The notes beneath the pieces were generated by a model, which was not told the origin of the DNA, made no database searches, and saw only the letters and a list, made by a program, of their open reading frames with translations. Of a DNA stretch of 64,000 nucleotides, positions 1-8,616 are shown in pieces. This DNA is from Phoronis australis (taxonomy: Eukaryota; Animalia; Phoronida). The DNA lies in contig NMRA01000410.1 of NCBI GenBank assembly GCA_002633005.1, forward strand, positions 1-64,000, in the 5' to 3' direction. A program made the translations under genes and the position numbers. Every line of letters begins with the position of its first letter. Position 1 is the stretch's first letter.

Positions 1-904
1 TGAAGGGATTACTTTCTTAAATGTCTTGTGCACAGAGTGATAATTGAGACGGCGATCGAGTATTCAGAATTAAGTCAAGTTGGTTTCTTTTCCTTCCAAA
101 GGTGGCGGCATTGCATTAGTACTTAGTACTTTAGACGTCGTTCTTTCCCGTGTTCCGGCACATTGCTGACTCTCTCTACGTTTCACGGTAACCTTGTTTA
201 TATTTTTGTTATAATTGGATGATGCATGATTAGGGTTCTCTGCTTGTGGCAAGAATTCTAGCCGGATGTCTTGACTAAGTCTGCGCATGTATATCGCAAT
301 CCAGTATTTTTTTAATCTTATTGTAAACATACTAATAATATCTAGCACGTGCATGTATTCTCATAGTGATTGTATGTCTGGTTGAATAACAAACGGGGAT
401 CCAGCTTTTTGCGATTGAGGAGGTTCAAGTAAAACGACAGGTTTCTGATTCTGAAGAAAATTCTATATCACAAATAATGAATAGAAAACTGGTAATGAAA
501 TTAAGTGTCTTGATCTCTGCAGCCAGCCGCCTATAAACATGAAGAAAATTAAAAATCGTCTATTTTCCCCACGGTTTTATTTAGTCGCTTTGGATAAAAA
601 GGGAAAGGTCCGGACCCCCTGGACTTCTCCCCAGCATTATCCTGATATAAATTGTTTTCAAATCCTGTTTCTTTCTTTCTTTCTCTGTTTCTCAGTTTCT
701 CTGCACGTGTCTGTCTCTGAAAATACAATAACAATAGTAAATATTCTGCGACCCATATAAGGGTTTCACCTGAAAAAGTGAGGGTTTTCTTCCATGTTGC
801 TAAGTTATAAGGGGGATATGCTGACCCACATGAACTCGGCAGGGTCCGGTTTTGCCTTACGTTAAACAACCCCGAAAAGTACCTAGTTAACAAAATCTAA
901 TATT

Positions 905-1257
905 TAAAGCTACACGTTGTGCAGTTCCAGATATCAATGTTGAGTTCTTAACACAAGCTCTTTGAGGTTTAAAATCATAACCACGCTTATCCCATATTGA
1001 AATGTTACCGAATGAGCCGTCAACTCAAGTCATAGGCAATGCATACATGTATTGGCCATTGTCTAATCCTCAAATTTGAGAGTTGGTCAACCCTAACTCT
1101 CTGAAGCGTTTCTATAAGTCATGATGGTTTCGCTGATCTTGTTGGTAACGGAACTAATATCCAACTATGGCAAGAAATGTTATGAGATTGGTGTCATGAG
1201 AGTAAAAAGGGCGATTTTTGTTTATTGGCCAGTTAAACAGGGCGAAATTCAGCTTTA
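905..1257 (+). repeat. Old interspersed repeat family; other copies at ~19150-19451 and ~63225-63552
   Basis: Shared blocks ctgaagc, atgagagta(a/g)aagg and terminal cagct(t/c)taa in all three; tctttgaggtttaa in the first and third. Confidence 0.6.
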
Positions 1258-1259
1258 AC

Positions 1260-1402
1260 CAGTGGCGGATTTAGAGGGGGGCAAGGGGTCCATGCCCCCC
1301 TAAAATTCTCCCAGATTCGGGGGTGCGAATGTTTGAAGGGTAAAATCCAGGCTAATACTCTGTCCTGCCCCTCCCTAACTCAAAATCCTGGATTCGCCCC
1401 TG
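1260..1402. mobile_element. Short hAT-like MITE
   Basis: Imperfect TIRs CAGTGGCGGATTTAG / CTGGATTCGCCCCTG. Confidence 0.7.
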
Positions 1403-1436
1403 TTTACCTTAAAAAGCAGCTCTTGAAACTTATAGA

Positions 1437-2870
1437 CCGGGATCCCAGAGCTTTTTCGGGCATGAAAAGGTAACCAATTTTCTTTGGTGCCACAGTGCTC
1501 TATGGGTATCCTGATGCTTGGAAATGGCCGTCTGGCAGGTTCGCTCTGGTGGGTGTGGTCAGGGGAACCAAGAGAACTACACTAAAAAATTGAGCAAGAT
1601 CAACTTTTCTGGTAACCACTTAAAACTGCCTTCAATACTTGCTACGGCATTCATTGTATCAAAATCGGTCACTGCCAGACAATTTCAGTGGTGGGGAGTA
1701 CCCGCCAGACGAACATATACAGGGTACAAAAATTGAGCTAGATCAATCCAAGAGGTAACCGCTTGAAACCAGTCGCAAAATATTCACTGTAAGCCTAGGT
1801 ATCACGAATGAACACTGCCAGACAAATCTAGTGGTGGGTTACCCCCGCCAGACACGCCCAAATACCTGAATTGAGCTAGATCAACCCATCAGGTAACCGT
1901 TTGAAACCAATTGCACGATGTTCAGCATCACTGAACATGGAACAACAGTTAGATGCCAGACAATTTCAGTGGTGGGGTGGCCCTGCCAGACGATTATCAC
2001 TAAAGGGTTAAAAACGGAGCTAGATCAATCCAAGAGGTAACCGCCTAAAACTAGTTCCAAAATATTCACCGTAAGCCCAGGTATCACAAATAAACACTGC
2101 CAGACAAATCTAGTGGTGGGTTAGCCCCGCCAGACATGCCCAAATACATGAATTGAGGTAGATCAACCCTGAGGTAACCACATAAAACTAGTTGCAAAAT
2201 ATTCGCCGTAAGCCCAGGTTTGAAGAATAGATACTACCAGACAAATATAGTGGTGGGTTATCCTCGCCAGACACGCCCAAGTACCTGAGTTGAGCTAGAT
2301 CAACNAAATATTCACCGTAAGCCCAGGTATCACGAATAAACACTGCCAGACAAATCTAGTGGTGGGTTAGCCCCGCCAGACACGCCCAAATACATGAGTT
2401 CAGCTAGATCAACCCACGAGGTAACCGTTTGAAACCAATTGCACGATGCTCAGCATCACAGCACTGTACATCGTATAACAGTAAGATGCCAGACAATTTC
2501 AGTGGTGGGGTGTCCCTGCCAGACGACTAAAGAAGGGTTGAAATTTGAGGTAAATCAACCCAAGAGGTAACCCCATGAAACCAGTTGCAAAATATTCTAC
2601 GCAAGACCAATGATGTAGTATGAATAAACGCTGCGAGACAAGTCTAGTACTGGATTGGCTCCGCCACACACGATCAAATATCTGAGTTCGACCAGATTTA
2701 CCCGCCAGGTAACCGTTTGAAACCATTTGCATAATGTCGAGCAACATTCTGCACGAACAAAAGGTATTTTACAGACACTTTTAGCGGTGAGGCAGTAGCA
2801 TGCAGAGGTTTGGTCGATGCAGGGACGACTTTATATTAGTCGCCCTTATCTCTCTACTCAAATGCATATA
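1437..2870. mobile_element. Composite repeat element (copy 1) with ~140-bp internal subunits and terminal hairpin; HINE/Helitron-like
   Basis: Subunits tgccagacaa(atct/tttc)agtggtggg...gccagac and ttgagctagatcaa...aggtaaccg...gaaacca recur at ~137-146 bp spacing; hairpin agggacgact...agtcgccct at 2821-2846; single N at 2305. Confidence 0.65.
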
Positions 2871-3448
2871 GCCTATTCAGGCGCGTAGCCAGCATCGAGC
2901 GGGGAGGTGGTGGTTCGAATTTCAAGAACGGTGGACCTTTGGTATTTTNCCGGCAGCTTGGCTGGGGCCCGCCTGCGCGTGGATTGCCTTCTAACAGGTT
3001 TTAGCGTAGTTCTTGTCTTTCCCAAATCCTAAAAACACAAAAACTTAGACTCGCAAAAACCTACAAATTCACAAAACTTTGATGGTTTTCTTTCTTTTTG
3101 TGACACAGGATCCGAACGAGATGGACGACAACAAACTCTCCAGGTAACTTGCTCGTAATTGCGATTTCGATGCAAGGTATTCGTAAAAGTTCCTTGCATT
3201 TGTACAAGGTTATGACCCGTAAATCTGGCTGAATCGAATTCAACCTTATGTTGCCTTCGCAAAAACACATTTTGGGTAAATGTGAGCAGGTTACGTATTT
3301 CAGTCAAGTTTTCAAATGATCATTCACTGGTGTCCCAAATGTCAATCGCCATCATCACGAAAAGTAACGAACAACGATTGCAACAAATGTTTTCTTTAAC
3401 TATCTGTACACTGATGCGAATAAAGATTACTTGGTGCCACTCTGGAAA

Positions 3449-3938
3449 ACCCTGATATTGACAAACACCAATGCCGGATATTCCTAACTGACGTCATATC
3501 TATTTTAGACTGTTAAGTTTGTGAAAATTTCTGGAAAAAAACAACCGTTTTCAGAAATAGTTATATTGGACTATTGATTTAAAGCTATAAGCTTTTAAAT
3601 AACAAATACATTTTATTACAAAAATGCAAAAGCTAGTTATTTGTAGCCCGGGAGGATTCGCATCTGTGCGTCTTTCATTTGCACTCTGCAAACACGAAAT
3701 ATCTCAATACAGTTGGAAGACTTCGAAAATTGCAAACCTGCGTGCATTTACCTTTTCAGTAAACTCTATTTTTAAATTCTTAAAAATGAGATTTCTTATA
3801 ATTCATCTTTGGTGTACATTTGGATGCTTTTTTATTTTGTTCATTTAAAATAGTGCATGTTGAAAGACCACCATTTGGAAATACATTTTCACTAAATTGA
3901 TTAACGCTAGGACTCAGTACACACTGTCACAGGGTTAA
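3449..3938. mobile_element. piggyBac-like MITE remnant
   Basis: Right end cactgtcacagggttaa (followed by a second gggttaa) vs degenerate left end aaccctgatattg. Confidence 0.35.
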
Positions 3939-4864
3939 GGGTTAAGACTATTCGTTACACGAATAGTTTTACAAAAACGAAGACGAAACATTTTCTTTGA
4001 CTAAACATGCTTTACTTATCATGTCTGGGGAATCAAAATTTGGTGAAGTCTAAATTGTTTTGAATTTTCTTCAGGGCGAGGCGACGATGTTCGCCACACG
4101 GCGGGTGGTGCAGCTATGATTCGGACTGTTGTTACAGTTATCTTAGATGTAGATACGGACGATGCAGATCTAGATGAATGCCGGACTGAGTTCTGTAGAC
4201 GCAAGAATCTCGCAAATGTAGCTATTAGGATCACATGCTTTGCTTATAATGTTTTGTAATAGCTCGCGAAGACTTACGTGATCTTGCCTCTCGCAAGTTT
4301 GTTACCTCTACGGAACGTGCACCTGAATTGATTGAGAGACGCTCTCTGTTCAGACTATAAATGTCTCGTATTGATTATTTCTTTTTAGCGTTTATATGCC
4401 ACATTCTCACTTATACTTAAAAATGGTTCTAAACCGGCCTTTTGCACAAAACCTTTCAATCGACTTAGTACACGAACCAACTTAAATCCGGTTTTAGTGA
4501 CAGGTTCCTTGCTCGAATTCAAGAGACGATTTCTGGGATTGAGAGGAACTGACAGTATCTTATTGCTCCATATCAGTCTCATATCAGTTTTGTTTTGCAC
4601 GGCGTATCCTTTAATGGGCAGAGCATGGTTTCAAACACTGCAAAAATGTCAGTTATTCCACAGCTCAGAAATCATTTCTCATCTGGCTGAGTAAGGAAAA
4701 TTTAGGCCAATTTTATTGCGGAATGTGGTATGAATTACAAGTTAGCCAAAGTCTGACTTGTAGCCGATTACGGTCATTTAAGTAACTCAACTAAACGTTG
4801 ACTGCGTTTAAAACCATAATATGACGTGACAGAGATGGGCATTCAGCAGTAGGCCCTACATCAC

Positions 4865-4942
4865 GATACAATGTAACACAGTACATAATGATATAATACA
4901 ATACAATGCAATACAATACAACACAATACAACACAATACAAC
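4865..4942. repeat. Degenerate (AATAC)n pentanucleotide microsatellite
   Basis: aatacaatacaatgcaatacaatacaacacaatacaac. Confidence 0.8.
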
Positions 4943-5118
4943 TCGGTATAAGGTCTATTACAATTTGATACAAAGTAATACGAAGCACCACTGATGTCTC
5001 AGTCATGAATCATCGACTACAACGAATATCTTCTTGTAACTGTTTGTACACGGACGCAAATAAAGACTACTTGGTGCCATTCTGGAAAGCAGACTGAGGG
5101 AGATGACGATGTTCACCA

Positions 5119-6310
5119 TATAGATCCCAGAGCTTTTTTAGGCATGAAAAGGTAACCAATTTTGTTTGGTGCCACAGTGCTCTATGGGTATCCTGATGCT
5201 TGGAAATGGTCGTCTGGCAGGCTCGCTGTGGTGGGTGTGGTCAGGGAAGCCAAGAGAATGACACTCAAAAATTGAGCTAGATCAACTTTTCTGGTAACCA
5301 CTTCAAACTGCCTTGGATACCTACTAAGTAATCCACTGTATCAAAATTGGTCATTGCCAGACAATTTCAGTGGTGGGGAGTATCAGCCAGACGGTTATAA
5401 ACAAGGTGCAAAAATTGAGCTAGATCAATCCAAGAGGTAACCGCGTGAAACCAGTTGCAAAGTATTCACCGTGGGCCCAGGTATCACGAAACACTGTCAG
5501 ACAAATCTAGTGGTGGGTTAGCCTCGCCAGACACGCCCAAATACCCGAGTTGAGCTAGATCAACCCACCAGGTAACTGTTTGAAACCAGTACACGATGTT
5601 CATCATGAATGTACATGGCACAAGTGTTAGATGCCAGACAATTTCAGTGGTGGGGTGCCAATGCCAGACGATTATCAAAAAGGGTTAAAAATTGAGCTAG
5701 ATCAACCCAAGAGGTAACCGCTTAAAACCAGTTCCAAAATATTCACCGTAAGCCCAGGTATCACGAATACTAAACACTGCCAGACAAATCTAGTGGTAGG
5801 TTAGCCCCGCCAGACACGCCCAAATACATGAGTTGAGCTAGATCAACCCACGAGGTAACCGTTTGAAACCACTGATTGCACGATGCTCAGCATCACTGTA
5901 CATCGTATAACAGTAAGATGCCAGACAATTTCAGTGGTGGGGTGTCCCTGCCAGACGACTAAAGAAGGGTTGAAATTTGAGGTAAATCAACCCAAGAGGT
6001 AACCGCATGAAACCAGTTGCAAAATATTCTACGCAAGACCAATGATGTAGTATGAATAAACACTGCGAGACAAGTCTAGTACTGGATTGGCTCCGCCACA
6101 CACGATCAAATATCTGAGTTTGACCAGATTTACCCCGGCCGCCAGGTAACCGTTTGAAACCATTTGCATAATGTCGAGCAACATTCTGCACGAACAAAAG
6201 GTATTTTACAGACACTTTTAGCGGTGAGGCAGTAGCATGCAGAGGTTTGGTCGATGCAGGGACGACTTTATATTAGTCGCCCCTATCTCTCTACTCAAAT
6301 GCATATATCC
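5119..6310. mobile_element. Composite repeat element (copy 2), same family as 1437-2870
   Basis: Same 5' head gatcccagagcttttt..ggcatgaaaaggtaacc, ~7 subunits, same hairpin at 6258-6283. Confidence 0.7.
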
Positions 6311-6621
6311 TATTCAGGCGCGTAGCCAGCATCGAGCGGGGAGGTGGTGGTTCGAATTTCAAGAACGGTGGACCTTTGGTATTTTGCAAACGTCGACACT
6401 GTAGAAATCTCAGTAAGGCCTTTGACTCAGCTTAATTAGGGGGAAGAGAACATTCTCACATTATCTCCTGATAAAGTTTCAAATCAGCCATGCTTGAATG
6501 AGTGATTACACCTCATTGCATACTCAAACGGAAATATGAAGTTTAGTCGGTGAATGACTTAACAAAATTGTTGATCTGGTTGTATTACTTAAGTTGCTTA
6601 CATCGCTGGAAATGGGAACAT

Positions 6622-6706
6622 CCCACTATTTCGAAGGTTTACTACGCGGAAGGTTCACTATTCCGAAGGTTCACAAGTTCGACGATTCACCAATCCGAAG
6701 ATTCAC
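6622..6706 (+). repeat. 16-bp degenerate tandem repeat (attccgaaggttcact), ~5 copies; probably a subterminal repeat of a DNA transposon
   Basis: Visible periodicity of cgaagg/tt-cac. Confidence 0.6.
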
Positions 6707-7895
6707 CGCTCCTAAAATATCTCAACTTTCAAACTCAGATGTGATTTTGAAACTTTTACATTAAAAAAATGAACGATATTTCGGTTATTAGATGCACCTA
6801 TACCGAAAACAACACCCCGGCACTAAAACACTTGGTTTGGATTCCATAGTTGACAGTGACCACCGTCTCCAGCTGGCCAGCACAACTGGAAACCATGGTC
6901 AGATTTCATGCGTATGCGAAATTGCCCGCTATCGTACTTCAGGAGCATAACAATCACGTGTTTTGTACACATACGCGCACGCCGCAGATCACATCTCGGA
7001 AATTTCCGATTTGACGGATGACAATGAATGAGTACAATGAAATTGAACAACGTCGTTTTGCAGCTTGTAAGATTCATAATAAACGTATTTTGAATATTGC
7101 AATGCATGTGTTCCAAAATCTAAATAACGTGGGTCCTATATTTTTGTATTCGTGCGCGCCAAATGAAAGTAATCGTGAGTGTTGCTGTGTTGCCGGCAAT
7201 TAAATTTCTTATCCTGGGCCGATTTGAAAAATTCAAAGTTGTACTCATATTTGTTTTCGCTCCTCTTTTCAAATATTACAGTAAAAACTACTCTCTCCAT
7301 AAAAAATACAGTCTGCTACACTAGATTATAATCAGCTGATGATATCCGCATGAGCGAAGCCAATTATCCTTGCTCGTGACTCGATGACGAGTAGAGCAGC
7401 TTGGCGGGATCGATCCTTTAAGTTGATCATGAGCCGAGCGCGACTCAGCCAAGGTGGATAAATACGGTCAAGTTCAATCTGCCAAACCCCACCTTTTACC
7501 CTGATAGGCGGGGTTTGGGCCAATCTTATTTAGTGGGAATGTTTATAGCATGATAGCTGGCGAGAAACATCGAATTACTAGATCTTTTTATTCTGCTATA
7601 AAATGTTCTTTATCGTGATAAGATTCTATTTTCGCTACCAAATCAAGTCACGGGGAAACGGGTTCCATTTTTGAGTTCGCATTTTAAGGGTTGGCCCACT
7701 CCAGTAAAGTCAGTCTGTGACTGGCCCTAGACCACTCTCAGTCCGACGCGGGCGAGTGGCTCGTGATTTCCGTCAATCTGGTTGGTCACGGCGGGAAAGG
7801 AACCCTATCACAAGGGATGTTATGAGACCGATTTTATGAACGTGGTAAAACGCAAGCTAACCGTTGTGACAACGCGAAATGCCGAGGCGGTCGAA

Positions 7896-7945
7896 TTGAA
7901 GAGTACTATTAGTTTCGTTTGATGTCGACTCATCAGTTTCTTTTG
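7896..7945 (-). ncRNA. Degenerate type I hammerhead ribozyme core
   Basis: Minus strand reads aagaaa-CTGATGA-gtcgacatcaaac-GAAA-ctaata-GTA-ctctt; core nucleotides are intact but stems I and II are weak. Confidence 0.35.
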
Positions 7946-8408
7946 TTTGTGCTACCAGGCTCACACAGGACAGCTGCTGAAGCATTGAATTGCTTCGATG
8001 TGATAGAGCACTGCCTGAACTTAAAAGCCAACTGTTTGTGGAAAAAATTATGACGAAATGGTGACTTTCTTGAAAATCCCCGGCCTTTTTGATCGTACTG
8101 GACTTTAGGCCTACTCCCAGGCTCAGAGTATCCGCCGTCAGCTGAACGTGACTTTCAAACCCAGTCCCGATCGAGTCAAATACTGACCGAGTCAAGTACC
8201 GTTGAAACTGGTTTGAGCAAACTCAGTTGGTCATCGTATCACTCGGGTAGACGAAGCTTTTATTACTACGCATTTTCGCGTCACGGTTGCGTGATCGTAA
8301 TTTTGATGCACATTTTAGCACAGTCCGAAGTTTGCAGTGAGGAAGGCCAGAGTGGGCTATGTAAGGTAGCGTCATCTATTGAGAGTTTTTGGACACATAA
8401 TGTAAGAT

Positions 8409-8430
8409 ACTGCGCATGCGTGCATTGGTT
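8409..8430. promoter_or_regulatory. Probable DCAF11 core promoter: NRF1-type TGCGCATGCG palindrome (8411-8420) plus reverse CCAAT box (ATTGG 8424-8428)
   Basis: Motifs lie ~70-80 bp upstream of the ATG in a CpG-containing region with no obvious TATA box; typical housekeeping architecture. Confidence 0.6.
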
Positions 8431-8491
8431 GTGTAAGGAATGTTGTGCGTTTGCAAGGGTTTGCATATTTGTGAACAGAATTTGAGTTTTT

Positions 8492-8616
8492 ATGGGTTCT
8501 GGGCAGTCCCAGAGAGATATAATGGGGGATCGTGACGAATCGACTGCTCAAGGTGATGCAAACGGCGACGAAGAAAGTAGCGATTTAGCAACTATTCTGT
8601 CTTACTTGATTCGCAG
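8492..8616 (+). CDS. DCAF11: DCAF11 coding exon 1 (MGSGQSQRD...DLATILSYLIR)
   Basis: ATG at 8492, donor AG|GTTTGT at 8617, phase 2. Confidence 0.92.

Larger units (their letters stand above)
3372..5120 (+). pseudogene. Duplicated, decayed coding remnants (NYLYTDANKDYLVPLWK / NCLYTDANKDYLVPFWK), product unknown
   Basis: 3398-3448 vs 5038-5088 differ at 5 synonymous and 2 non-synonymous positions; a GDDV motif follows both (4080 and ~5100). Confidence 0.4.

Noticed and set aside
70-354. 94-aa minus-strand ORF and exon-like + strand segment 101-186
   Set aside because: No recognisable similarity; the hydrophobic + frame hits a stop, so it cannot be supported beyond a possible link to the decayed gene at 3.1-5.1 kb
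3929-3945. agggttaagggttaa as telomeric repeat or telomerase RNA template
   Set aside because: Not TTAGGG; better explained as a TTAA-flanked transposon end
1437-6310. Repeat-spacer look of the composite arrays suggesting CRISPR
   Set aside because: Spacers are homologous to each other, units are ~140 bp, the context is eukaryotic and there are no cas genes
7700-7760. Resemblance to RNase P RNA (ctagggccag / agaccactctc)
   Set aside because: No GGAA-containing CR-I and no matching CR-V partner for the P4 pseudoknot on either strand
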